From NCBI GenBank assembly GCA_964016885.1, contig OZ024742.1, positions 310,992,001-311,056,000 on the forward strand: a stretch of DNA of 64,000 bases, given 5' to 3'. Below, one piece after another: positions 1 to 15,620 of this stretch (positions within the stretch are counted from its first letter, which is position 1; each line of letters starts with the position of its first letter). This stretch comes from Eledone cirrhosa (lineage: Eukaryota). The notes below the pieces were generated by a model. The model made no database searches. It saw only the letters and a list, made by a program, of their open reading frames with translations, and was not told the origin of the DNA. The translations under genes were made by a program, and so were the position numbers.

Positions 1-1091
1 ATGGGTAGAAGAACACAAAAAATAAAAATCCACACCATCCTGCCGATTATGGACATACGGTGGGTTTTTACAGGTTTCCTGGACCTGGATGATGACACGC
101 TGGTGTCCATGGGAAAGGCATCGGGTGACGCGTTCAGTGGAACGATCCTCGAACTTGTAGTTCAAATGAGGCCCGAAAGGATCGCCCAGATCCCTGAACG
201 CGTCATACTGGATGATCAAACTTTCATCAACATTACCGTTGAGGGTAGGCGGCCCTCGTGTTACCTCTGCGGAACCAGGGGTCACCTGAGCGCTGTCTGT
301 CCCCAACTTAATAAGAAAACCCCAATCCTGCCTACACCACCAACAACTGCACAACCAACACAATCACCACAACTACCACTACAAAAACAACCACCACAGC
401 TCAAACCAAAACAAAACAATGTCCAACCCATCCCCCCCACTCTAAAAACAAAAACAATTTCCAAAACCCCCGCACCGCAAACACAACCCGAAAATATACC
501 CCTCCCCTCCAACGCGGAAGATGACCCTAGTTCGTCGTCGGACGAGGAGGAGCACTTCCACACAATCAAAAAAAAAAAAAGAAAACACACCTCAGACACA
601 CAAATGAAAACAACCCCTCCCCAAAACATAACACTGACACCAACACAAAAGAGCTCACAACAACAGCAAACAAAAAACACCACACAAAAACAAAAACATG
701 CATACACATACATAAACACAAGAAACAAAAAACTGTTAAACATTGTGTACAACAACAATCTAATAAAAACCCAAGGGCCTAACTTCACCCAGGCAGGGGA
801 TTTCCCCCACCTCAAAATGATTAAGGCCCCACAGGACACCTATAAAACTTTAAAAAACAACTTTAAAGAGGACGTGGGTCCCCCCCCCCCCCCCCTGCGT
901 CGGGCCCATTAACCGCGTCCTCCTAAAAAAACTACCCCACCCCCTCCCCAAACACCCACACAACTCCAAACTCCCCAACCACACAACACACTGATGCCCC
1001 TACACTTCCACAAACCACCACCCCACCCAACAACCCATCCCCCACCCTAATGGAAATTGTGCAGCCCGATACCCGGGACGCAGAGAGGTAA
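1..1091 (+). pseudogene. Tx1 ORF1 (gag-like CX2CX4HX4C protein), copy A, frameshift in poly-C at ~880-896
   Basis: CYLCGTRGHLSAVC; after the C-run the shifted frame reads PCVGPINRVLLKNYP...DTRDAER* (homologous to PCLKPLNRVLLKDFP in copy B) and ends at TAA 1089-1091. Confidence 0.85.
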
Positions 1092-1093
1092 GT
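1088..1093 (+). promoter_or_regulatory. Putative 5' splice donor overlapping ORF1 stop (copy A)
   Basis: GAG|GTAAGT, perfect intronic U1 consensus; the TAA is the ORF1 stop. Confidence 0.6.
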
Positions 1094-1115
1094 GCCTTTT
1101 CTCTTAACCACCAAC

Positions 1116-4100
1116 ATGGCTATGCTAAGAGTAGGCTGTTTAAATTCGCGTGGCCTGGGCTCAACTTGGAAGCAAGCAATGCTTCTAAATGACCTCAGGT
1201 CACAACGTATAGATGTGATGGTTATTTGCGAGGCCCGGATCAGCAACGTGCGACAGCTGGCCCCCACCTTTGATGACTTTGAGATGCACGCATCTCTCTG
1301 TCAGCCCGGAGGTGGGGGTGGGGTTGTCGTTCTGCTGCAAAAACATCTGGGTCTCGCAACACAGATGGTACATTTGGGCCCGGAGGGTCGACTAGTGGTT
1401 CTGGACCTTGGCAGTGGTAAAGGCGGAGCGTTTAGGTTGGGAGCTGTCTACGGCCCTTTCGGGTCAATGCGGCCGGACTTCTTCCATCGTCTGGAGACTT
1501 TTCTAGGGACGTTCCGCTCCTTGCTATTAGTGGGGGACTGGAATGGTATCCTAGATGCACGCTGGGACTACGTAGGGGCCTGTCCCGATAGAGAGGGGAT
1601 AGAAAGGGTTAATCGGTCGATTTGACCTGGCCGATAGATATCGACTAGATTTTCCGACTGCGCCAACCTGGACTTGGGCAAATCGTAGCGGATCATCTAG
1701 GTCGTACCTAGATAGGTTCTTAGTTAGAATTAAGGATAAGGACTTTTTAAGTTGTCCAAAAATGCGCATGGTTGGCTATTCAGACCACAAATTAGTGACC
1801 TGCATGGTCAACCTTGACAGAACTCATAGACAGGGACCCGGTTACTGGAAGCTCAACTTGTCCTTACCTGCAAGTAAGGCTTACAGGGACCGGATTAGCA
1901 CTTTAGTTAAGGAGCGGTTGACGGGCGCCATCGTCAACAGCAGGTGGTGGGGATCTCTCAAAAGAGAGATTAGAGTAGTCTCTATAGAATTTAGTAAGGA
2001 GTTAGCCTCAAATAGAAATAGGAAGGAAAGGGAGTTGGTAGATAGTGTAGAAGAGGCAATTAGAAGCGGCGACGTGGCCAGAGTGCTAGCGTCGAGAACG
2101 GCCCTGGGCCAGTTCTTCGACGCGAAACACGAAGGCTGCATCGTCCGAAGCAATATACGTGCTCTGGGAAACGAGGGGACCAAAGCTGTTAGCTGGGCCC
2201 GCGTGACAGAAGCCAAAAGAGGGAGCAGATCCACTATCCGGTCTTTGCGAGACCAGAATGGACGGGTGATCCTTGAACCTAAGCAGATGTGCGAAGCTTT
2301 TCAAAAGCACTTTGCCGGATTGTTCGGAAGGGGCGGGGAGCCGGATGGGGATGTGGACTTCGGTCCATACCTCGACGGCCTGCCGCGTCTCTCGGACAGG
2401 GAGGCGAAGTCCTGCGAGGAGCCGATTTCAGCCGCTGAGATAGAGGACGTGCTGAGCCAATGCGGCAAACGCAAATCCCCGGGTCTCGATGGTCTTCCAT
2501 ACGAACTATATCTAGCTATGCCGGACTTGTTCCCCTATCTCCTTGAGGCTGTCTACTGCAACTGGCGACAGAACGGGAGAATTCCCTGTGCTGTGACCAA
2601 GGGCGTAGTCACGCTAGTGAGGAAGGACGAGAACAAGGGGGACGATATAAATAATTTCAGGCCCATAACTCTGCTAAATACAGAGTTACAGATTTTGGCC
2701 AAGGTGCTAGCAAAGAGGTTGGCGCATGTCGTGGGCAACCTGGTGGGAGGTGCGCAGACATGTGCTATCCCGTCCAGGTCTATCCACGACAACCTCCACC
2801 TCATGCGATACATCATAGAGAGGGTTGGGAACGAACCCGGCTTTGGTGGGGCCCTGATCAACTTGGATCAATCTAAGGCATTCGATAGGGTCGACCATGG
2901 TTACCTGGATGCGGTGCTAGCGGCGGCAGGCTTCGGACCCGTTTTCAGGGGTTGGATCAATGCCATGCACAGCAGCCGCATCTGCTCTAGGGTCAAGATG
3001 AACGGCTACCTCTCGGAGCCGTTCGAAATCGCGCGGTCCATCCGACAGGGGTGCCCTCTCTCCTCCCTTCTGTATGTAGTGACTCTAGAGCCACTGCTGC
3101 GGAAGTTGGAGTTGTTGCAGGGCATCCCGTTGGAACCGGGATTGCGGAAAGCGGTGTCAGCCTACGCCGATAACGTAACAGTAATGGTGTCGACGGCCTC
3201 GGAAATCGGGGTGATCGGCACCTTACTGGAGGAGTACGAAAGGTTTACAGGGGCTAAGCTGAACCGGGACAAGTCGATCGGTCTGCAACTCGGCACGTGG
3301 AGGGGCAGATCGATGCCCTCCGATGGCGTCGTCGGGCGCTGGACGGAGGGCCCGGTGAACTTGCTCGGGGTCTGGTTCGGACCAGACCTCCAGGTGGAGA
3401 AGAACTGGGGTAAGGTAACGAACAGGGTGTTTGCACTGACCCAGAAGTGGGCCGAGTGCAAACTGTCCCTGAAAGGTCGGGCGGAGGTGGCGAACACTTA
3501 TATAGCGTCCGTCATCTACTACCGCCTGACCGTTGTGCCTTGCCCAAGGGAAACGCTCGCCAAAATGGAGCGCGCACTCTTCCAATTCCTTTGGAAGAAG
3601 CGGGCTCCTATGGTGAGGAGATCCATCTGTTGTCAACACCCTTCGAAAGGAGGGCTGGGGATGCCGTGGCTAATGATACGTAAACACGCATTAAGGCTAC
3701 GGCACCTTCAGATATTCCTCTCCGGTCAACCGGTGTGGGCCCCGTTTGTGAGGCGAGCCTTTCCCAGACTCGTCTCACTCACCGAGCTGCAATCCTAGGT
3801 CAAGCAGAGACCGAGAAAACTGGGCGCCGAGTGTGCCCAGGCACTCACGGCTCTCTGGCAGGCGAACCCGGCTGTCAGTGGAGAATCCACCTCGTCATTC
3901 TATAGAGGGCTGGTGGTTAGCAGGTGCGACGACGCCCTAGGAGAAGCCCTAGGCATGGAGGAAGACGAACTGGCCAACCTGTTCGGTAGGACATTCAGCC
4001 CGGGACCCATGGATAACTTCCAGAGGTCCCTGGCCTGGCAATGCTACAGAAGGGCTCTGCCCGTTCGAGAAAGGCTCTACAGACACGGGCGCCCGGGTAG

Positions 4101-4536
4101 GGACCCCTCGAAAAAGATCTGTCCCAGATGCGTGTGCGACGAGGAAACCGTTGCACACGCATTGGTACACTGCTCGGGCATTGCCGATCTGTGGGGCTAT
4201 GTCGAACAACTGCTGTCAAGGGTGGGACCGATCCGGTTGACCACCGAGTCTATTGTAACGGTAAAGCCGCCTCCCCTCTTCAAAAACGAAGAAGAGGCGG
4301 TGCTTCTGTGCGTAATAGCCATGGCGAAAGAGGTTGTATGGTGGACGCGTCTGAAAGGACTGAGGTCAGACACCTTTCTCTCTGGCCAACAACTGGTCCG
4401 TTTCTTCCGATATCATTTCGGAAGAAAGATCAGGATGGAGAGAGAGGTGCTGCACCCCAGCCGTTTTTATGAAAGATGGGTGAAAGTGGCGAGAATGGCC
4501 CGTGTGAATGGGCCTTCACTCTACATCAGACTATAG
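1116..4536 (+). pseudogene. Tx1 ORF2 (AP endonuclease, reverse transcriptase, C-terminal zinc finger), copy A, inactivated
   Basis: ATG 1116; GDWN and SDH APE motifs; SPGLDG, RPITLL, KAFDRV, RQGCPLS; YADD is YADN; frameshift ~1590-1620; TGG>TAG at 3796-3798; CPRC..H..C near end. Confidence 0.92.
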
Positions 4537-4540
4537 GTGA
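4513..4540 (+). promoter_or_regulatory. Putative 3' splice acceptor coinciding with ORF2 stop (copy A)
   Basis: ccttcactctacatcagactaTAG|GTGA followed by purine-rich GGAAGATGAAAG. Confidence 0.45.
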
Positions 4541-4810
4541 GGAAGATGAAAGACCAAGGGAGCACCCCTTCTCTGTGCTCCTGAGGAAAAGGGTTGCACA
4601 CTTTTTTCGGGGGTGTGTGCGACCCCCCAAGGCGCCTCCTCTCTATTGAGGACTTTGTTATAAATTTTATTTTTTGTTATATTTTATTTTATTTTTATAT
4701 ATTGTTATTGCCTCCTCCTTATTGAGAACGCCTTGTTTTGTAAACTCCCCCCATTGTACTTGTCCCACTTTTGATGCCCTGGTGGCAAATAAAAGAAACA
4801 TATCTATCTA

Positions 4811-5197
4811 TAACTGATTCTTTTTTTCAAATACCACTTTGGAAGAAGAATCAGGATGGAGAGAGAGGTGCTGTACCCCAGCAAGTTTTATGAAAGGTGG
4901 GTGAAAGTGGCGAGAATGGCCCGAGTGAATGGGCCTTCTCTCTATATCAGCCTGTAGGTTGAGGAAAAGGAGGAGGAGAGGAAAGGAGTACAAACTCTTC
5001 GTACTCCTGGAGATGAGGGTTGCACATTTTTTTTCGGGGGTATGTGTTACCCATATAAACTGTCTCCCTCTATTGGCGAAAATCGACTAACTTTTTTAAA
5101 TTCCATTTGTGATAACATTTTACACGTTTTTATTGTATGTAAACTTCCCCCTTTGTATTTGTCCCCTTCTTTTGTGCCCCTGTAGCTAATAAAGAAA
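4811..5197 (+). mobile_element. 5'-truncated Tx1 copy (ORF2 C-terminus plus 3' UTR)
   Basis: Encodes ...RIRMEREVLYPSKFYERWVKVARMARVNGPSLYISL*; AATAAA 5188-5193; TATC repeats on both sides. Confidence 0.9.
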
Positions 5198-5487
5198 TAT
5201 ATCTATCTATCTATCTTGATAGAGTGAGACACGCTTCACATCGGCTCCGCTATTCTATCGGAATTTACCCTTACTATAGTAAGTACCAGTGAATTTTTTC
5301 AGTGCAACACATTTGGAACACTTACCCCTGTTATTTAGGGAAACATTTTTACATTTTAGGGGGTAAAATAAATAACTATTTTTCTGTAAAACTTCTTTCT
5401 TGGCAGCATGGCGGAAAAGATGGCAGATATGTCTGCCATTAGCTCTGCCACGCCCCCCCCCCCCCCCCCAAGTCTGAAGAACAAAAA

Positions 5488-7221
5488 ATGGATACAACAA
5501 AACTAGACAACGAAACAAACAAGGAAAATGAAAAAACAAATGTTACGGAAAATGAGCAAACGGAAAACAAACAAACAGAAAATAAGAATACAAATAACAA
5601 CAAGGCAACTTTCGCCCAGAAAACAATAATATATACACCTATAGACTTAACTGCCGCCAGAGAAAAACTGGCAGAAGCAAAAAAACACATAGTCTTGGGG
5701 GAGAACGGAATGTTTTCCATTAATTCCCCCCCAGAATTCAAGAAAGCGAGAATAGAAAGCACTGTTCTCTTCAGAACAATCCTAAACCAAACGAGAAAGC
5801 CAGCACAGCCCAGCCAAATGGAGATTGAGTTGGTCCTAAAAGACTATATGAAGAATATTCTCTTCATACGAAAGGACCGACTCTATGGCAGCATTTCGGT
5901 CTTAACAAAAGACAGGGAAACAGCGCAGAGGCTTTCCCTAAGCCCACTCTCATCAACAACATACAGCTTCTATCCCTCCTACATGGGTAGAAGAACACAG
6001 AGAGTCAAAATACAAACAATGCTGCCCACAATGGACTTCTGGTGTGCTATTGCTGGCTTCATAGACATGGGCGAGGACACAGTGCTGTCAATGGGGAAGG
6101 CATCTGGAGATGCGTTCCTGGGAATGGGCCTCGACCTACTAGTCCAAATGATGCCCGAAAGAATAGCGCGAATCCCGGATCGCATCTGGCTGGATGACCT
6201 CACCCCAATATATATAATTGTAGAGGGGAGAAGACCAGCATGTTATTCATGCACGGAAAGGGGACACGTTAAGGCTAACTGCCCGAATCGTATCCCCCAA
6301 AAAGGACTATTGCCCACACCCACCACAAACAGTACACCAACACCACCCACCTCCAAAAATACACTAATACCACACACAGCAAACAAAATACAGACACCAC
6401 CAACCACAAGCACAACACAAACATCACCACCACCAGCACCAAACACAAGCACGACACAAAAATCACCACCACCATCACCAACCACAACACAAACATCACC
6501 ACCACCATCACCAACCACAAGCACGACACAAACATCACCACCACCACCACAAAACGCATTCCAAACAAATAATAAAAAAAAAACATCAACAAATCTACCC
6601 CTCCCGCAAAAAAAAAACAACCAGACACCACGTCCCTCCCACCTAGCGCTGAAGAGTTTCCCCCAACTTCTGAAGAAGAAGGAGGAGAAGCCTTCAGACA
6701 AGTTAAAAGAAAAAAAAGAAAGCACACACCCAGCACACCACAAATAACCCACACACAAACACCAACTCCAATCAGCCTCGACAAACAAAAATAAATCTGC
6801 GCCTCCCCTCTTCGAAACATTGACAGCATCACAAAAAAAGACTTTACAATACACATATATAAATAAAGAAAATAAAAAACTGTTTAAATTAATAAACAAT
6901 AGCCCTTTGGTGCAGACCGAAGGGCCAAACTTTATCTCAACAGAGAACTTCACCCATTTAAAAATGATAAAGGTCCCTCTGGACCTTTATCGTTCCTTAA
7001 AAGAACAATTTATACAGGACGTGAGCCCCCCCCCCCCCCCCCCCCCCTGTTTAAAACCGTTAAATCGCGTCCTCTTGAAAGATTTCCCCATAACCTCCCC
7101 TCTCCCTGACACAACTCCAAATACCCCAACCCCACCACACTCGGATACCCCACACCACCACAAAACATCCCTCCACCCAACACACCCGACGCCATGGAAA
7201 TTACACAACCCGGAGAGGTAG
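5488..7221 (+). pseudogene. Tx1 ORF1, copy B, frameshift in the A-rich low-complexity region ~6570-6620
   Basis: ORFs 5488-6747 and 6820-7221; CYSCTERGHVKANC knuckle; C-terminal block homologous to copy A; ends PER* TAG 7219-7221. Confidence 0.88.
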
Positions 7222-7223
7222 GT
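7218..7223 (+). promoter_or_regulatory. Putative 5' splice donor overlapping ORF1 stop (copy B)
   Basis: GAG|GTAGGT; the TAG is the ORF1 stop. Confidence 0.55.
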
Positions 7224-7252
7224 GCTTTTCTTTCTTCACTTTCAACACCAAA

Positions 7253-10200
7253 ATAGATCAATTGAGAGTTGGCTGTTTGAATGCGCGTGGCCTGGGCTCA
7301 GCTTGGAAGCAAGCAAAGCTTCTAAGTGACCTCAGGTCACGAAGTATAGATGTGATGGTTGTTTGCGAGAGTCGGATCAGCAGCGTGCGTCAGCTGGCTC
7401 CCGCCTTCGATGACTTTGAGATGCACGCATCTCTCTGTCAACCCGGAGGCGGGGGTGGGGTTGCCGTACTGCTGGATAAACGTCTGGCTCTCGACGTACA
7501 GATTGTTCACTCGGACCCGGGGGGTCGATTACTGGTGCTGGACGTCGAAGGCGGTGAAGGCGGGGCTTTCAGACTGGTCGGTCTTTATGCCCCCTTCGGG
7601 GCTGAAAGAGCCGACTTCTTCCAGCGTCTGGAGACTTTTCTAGGAACGTCGCGTTCCCTGCTTTTAGTGGGGGACTGGAATGAAATCCTAGATGCGCGTT
7701 GGGACTATGCAGGGGCATGTCCAGATAGAGGGGGGTGTAGCAGCCTCAAGGGGTTACTCGATCGATTCGACCTGGTCGATAGATTTCGACTAGATTTTCC
7801 AACTGTGCCAACCTGGACCTGGGCAAACCGCAGTGGTCAATCTAGATCGTACCTAGATAGGTTTTTGGTTAGGAGTAAGGATAGGGACGTATTTAGTTGT
7901 CCAGAATTGCTCATGGTTGGCTATTCAGATCACAAATTAGTGACCTGCGTGGTCAACCTTGATAGAACGCATAGACAGGGTCCCGGTTACTGGAAGATGA
8001 ACTTGTCCTTGCCGGCAAAGGAAGCTTACAGGAACCGGATCAGTAGCTTAGTTAAGATGCGGTTGACGGGAGCGATCGTCAACAGCAGGTGGTGGGTATC
8101 TCTAAAGAGAGAGATTAGAGTAAGTTCGATAGGTTACAGTAAGGAACTAGCGGCGAATAGAAATAGGAGGGAAAGGGAGTTAACAGATAAACTAGAAGAG
8201 GCGATTAGGAGCGGAGACGTGGCCAGAGTGTTAGCGGCGAGAACGGCGTTGAGCCAGTTCTTTGACGCGAAGCACGAAGGCTGCGTTGTCCGAAGTAAAA
8301 TATGTGCTTTAGGAAACGAGGGGACCAAAGCTGTTAGTTGGGCCCGCGTGACAGAAGCCAAGAGTGGGATTAAATCCACCATTCGGTCTTTGCGAGACCA
8401 GGATGGACGGGTGATCCTTGAACCTGAGCGGATGTGCGAGGCCTTTCAAAGGCACTTTGCTCGACTGTTCGGAGGGGGTGGGGGGGCCGGACGGGGATGT
8501 GGACTTCGGTCCATACCTCGACGGTCTACCGCGTCTTTCGAGCGGCGAAGCGCAGTGCTGCGAAAGGCCAATCACAGCCACTGAAATCGGGGAAGCGCTC
8601 AGCCAATGCAGCAGACGCAAATCTCCGGGTCTCGATGGTCTACCATACGAACTTTATTTAGCTATACCGGTCTTGTTCTCCGAACTCCTCGAGGCTGTCT
8701 ATTGCAACTGGCAACAGAACGGGAGAATTCCCTGTTCTGTGACCAAGGGCGTAGTCACGCTAGTGAGGAAGGACGAGAGCAAGGGGGACGACTTAAGTAA
8801 CTTTAGGCCCATAACTCTGCTGAATGCAGAGTTACAGATTTTGGCCAAGGTGTTGGCGAATAGGTTGGTGCTTGTGGTGGGTGGTTTGGTGGGAGACGCG
8901 CAGACATGCGCTATCCCGTCCAGGTCTATTCACGACAACCTCCACCTCATGCGATACATCGTAGAGAGGGTTGGGAACGAACCCGGCTTTGGTGGGGCCC
9001 TGATCAACTTGGATCAATCTAAGGCGTTCGATAGGGTCGACCATGGTTACCGGGATGCGGTGCTAGCGGCGGCGGGCTTCGGACCCGTTTTCAGGGGCTG
9101 GATTTCTGCCATGCACAGTGGCAACGTCTGCTCTAGGATTAAAGTAAACGGCTACCTCTCGGAGCCGTTTCAAATCACCCGGTCCATCAGGCAGGGGTGC
9201 TCCCTCTCCTCCCTTCTCAACGTATTGACTCTCGAGCCACTGCTGCGGAAGTTGGAGTTGCTGCGGGGCATACCCCTGGAACCGGGATTGCACAAAGCGG
9301 TCTCGGCCTATGCCGACGACGTAACAGTAATGGTGGCGGACGCCTCGGAAATCGGGGCGATCGTCACCCTACTGGAGGAATACGAAAGGCTGACGGGGGC
9401 TAGGCTGAACCGGGACAAGTCAGTCGGTTTGCAACTCGGAACGTGGAGGGACAAACCGATGCCGTTAGACGGTATCGTCGGGCGTTGGACGGAGGGCCCG
9501 GTGAAGCTGCTCGGGGTCTGGTTCGGATCGGACCTCCAGGTGGAGAAGAATTGGGGCGAAGTGACGAGCAGGGTGTTTGCGCTGACCCAGAAGTGGGCCA
9601 AGTGCAAACTATCACTGAAAGGTCGGGAGGAGGTGACGAACGCTTACATAGCGTCCGTCATCTACTACCGCCTGACCGTCGTGCCTTGCCCCAAGGAAAC
9701 GCTCACCATCATGGAGCGCATGCTCTTCCAGTTCCTCTGGAAGAAGCGGCCTCCCATGGTGAGGAGATCCATCTGCCAGCACCCTTCGAAAGGAGGGCTG
9801 GGTATGCCGTGGCTGTTGATTCGTAGGCACGCATTGAGGCTACGGCATCTACAGGTATTCCTCACCGGTCAGCCGGTGTGGGCCCCGTTTGTGAGGCGAG
9901 CCTTCCCACAGCTCGTCTCGCTCACCGAGCTGCAATCCTGGGTGAAGCAAAGACCGAGAAAACTGGGCAACTGGCACACCGAGTGTGCCCAGGCGCTCAC
10001 GGCTCTCTGGCAAGCGGACCCGACTATCAGTGGAGAATCCACCTCGACATTCTATAGAGGGCTGGTGGCTAGCAGGGGCGACGACACCCTTGGAGAGTCG
10101 CTAGGCATGGAGGAGGACGAACTGGCCAGCCTGTTCGGTAGAACTTTCGGCCCGGGACCCATGGACAACTTCCAGAGGTCCCTAGCCTGGCAGTGCTACC

Positions 10201-10688
10201 GGGGGGCTCTGCCCGTTCGAGAAAAGCTCTACAGACACGGGCGCCCGGGCAGGGATCCCGCGAAAAAGATCTGTCCCAGATGCGTGCGCGACGAGGAAAC
10301 CGTTGCGCATGCACTGGTACACTGCCCGGGCGTTGCCGATCTGTGGGGCTACGTCGAACGACTGCTGTCGCGTGTGGCGCCGATTCGATTTACCGCCGAG
10401 TCTGTGGTGAACATCAAGCCGCCTCCTCCCTTCAAAAATGAAGCAGAGGTGGTCTTTCTGTGCGTAATAGCCATGATGAAAGAGGTTGTGTGGTGGACGC
10501 GCCTGAAAGGTCTGAGGTCGGGTGACTTTCTCTCCGGCCAACACCTGGTGTACTTCTTCCGATACCACTTCGGAAGAAGGATCAGGATGGAGAGAGAAGT
10601 GCTTGGCCCCAGACAGTTTTATGAAAGGTGGGTGAAAGAAGCGAGAATGGCTCGTGTAAATGGGCCTTCTCTCTACATTGTTCTGTAG
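7253..10688 (+). pseudogene. Tx1 ORF2 (APE-RT-ZnF), copy B, one frameshift in G-run ~8475-8487, start codon ATA
   Basis: ORFs 7262-8584 and 8418-10688; YADD intact; ATA at 7253 aligns with the ATG of copies A and C. Confidence 0.92.
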
Positions 10689-10692
10689 GTGA
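10665..10692 (+). promoter_or_regulatory. Putative 3' splice acceptor coinciding with ORF2 stop (copy B)
   Basis: ccttctctctacattgttctgTAG|GTGAAGAAG: strong pyrimidine tract, then GAAGAA-type purine-rich sequence. Confidence 0.55.
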
Positions 10693-10893
10693 AGAAGTGA
10701 AGAGGAAAGGGGGAGCGCCTCCTCTCTGGGCTTCCCCCGCGAAAAGAGTTGCACACTTTTCGGGGGTATATTATTATTATATTTTATTATTATATTATTC
10801 TTATTGTTATGCCTTTTTCTTTACTCGCATTTATGTAAACTCCCCCCTGTGTATTTGTCCCTTTCTCTTGTGCCCTAGTGGCAAATAAAGAAA

Positions 10894-11020
10894 TATATCT
10901 ATCTATTTATCTACCTATGTATCTATCTGTCTGTCTGTCTGTCTATTTATCTATCCATTTGTCTGCCTAGCTATATAACCACCTGTTTATCGGTCTTCTT
11001 ATCTATCTATCTATCTATAT
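10894..11020 (+). repeat. Degenerate (TATC)n/(TGTC)n microsatellite
   Basis: tatctatctatttatctacc...ctgtctgtct...atctatctat. Confidence 0.85.
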
Positions 11021-11059
11021 CTCTCTCAATATGTATGTATATATACATATATATATATA

Positions 11060-14577
<3,518 letters not shown>

Positions 14578-14590
14578 ATATATATATATA

Positions 14591-14908
14591 TGTTTGAAAA
14601 AAAGGAAAAGAATGACTTCACTTGTAGTGTTAAAAAATGTATCATTTAATGTTATAATATTATATTATAATATTATGAGTTGGTAGATCCAGTAAGTTCT
14701 TTATTAACTTCGGTGGGAAGAATTTTATAGATTCCTGGTTAACTTGGGTCGGAGAACTTTTTCGCATTCGTCTGTGGCGATTGTCAAACTGAGATCAGGT
14801 TGTGTTGAAATGTGTGACTATATATCAGAGAGAGATTTGGATGTGTCTGTGGTGTGGCGTGTGGTGTTAATGAGTGTTGATGATTATGAAGGTCCAGAGG
14901 AATTAAAG

Positions 14909-15001
<93 letters not shown>

Positions 15002-15620
15002 ATCCCATTCTTATCAAAAGACATGTATCTTACACTTCATTAAAACTCAGACAAGCACCTAAATTCATCTTTGATATAGAAATCTGTAGAAGATATTCTT
15101 TATGGATTTGGAAGAGCTATGCCATTGTAAACACATCAAAGGTCAGCTAATGAAATAAAACCAGCAGGAGACAAACACCCTTATCTTACAACCTCACCAT
15201 TTTCTGAGTGTATATATATGTGTGTGTGTACGTGTGTGTGTGTGTGTGTGTGTGTGTACTTTAATTCCTCTGGACCTTCATCATCATCAACACTCATTAA
15301 CACCACACGCCACACCTCAGACACATCCAAATCTCTCTTATATATATAGTTATATAGTCACACATTTCAACACAACCTGATCTCAGTTTGACAATCGCCA
15401 CAGACGAATGCGAGAAAGTTCTCCAACCCAAGTTAACCAGGAATCTATAAAATTCTTCCCACCAAAGTTAATAATGAACTTACTGGATCTACCAACTCAT
15501 AATATTATAATATAATATTATAACATTAAATCATAAATTTTTTAACACTACAAGTGAAGTCATTCTTTTCCTTTTTTTCAAATATACCTAACTGTACCAA
15601 GGATCTCACACATTTTCAAA
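14591..15620. mobile_element. Fold-back PLE-type remnant with ~320-bp arms
   Basis: 14591-14910 is inverted to 15256-15585; internal (CA)n/(TG)n; ~35-nt tail on the right arm; (TA)n flanks. Confidence 0.7.

Larger units (their letters stand above)
1..4800 (+). mobile_element. L1/Tx1-clade non-LTR retrotransposon, copy A (5' part outside window)
   Basis: ORF1 with CCHC knuckle, ORF2 with APE-RT-CCHC, 3' UTR with AATAAA at 4788-4793 abutting TATCTATCTA. Confidence 0.93.
5217..10893 (+). mobile_element. Apparently full-length L1/Tx1-clade element, copy B (~5.7 kb)
   Basis: 5' UTR, ORF1, ORF2, 3' UTR with AATAAA 10884-10889; (TATC)n at both ends. Confidence 0.94.

Noticed and set aside
880-896. 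Programmed frameshift at the ORF1 poly-C
   Set aside because: Copy B reads through the homologous C-run in frame, so slippage or a sequencing error is more likely.
7218-7256. 39-nt mini-intron fusing ORF1 to ORF2 (GTAGGT...aaatAG)
   Set aside because: The AG exists only because ATG is ATA in copy B, the join is out of frame with ORF2, and copies A and C lack the site.
282-10754. Antisense and alternate-frame ORFs over the Tx1 elements
   Set aside because: Shadows of GC-rich or C/A-skewed coding sequence with no independent motifs.
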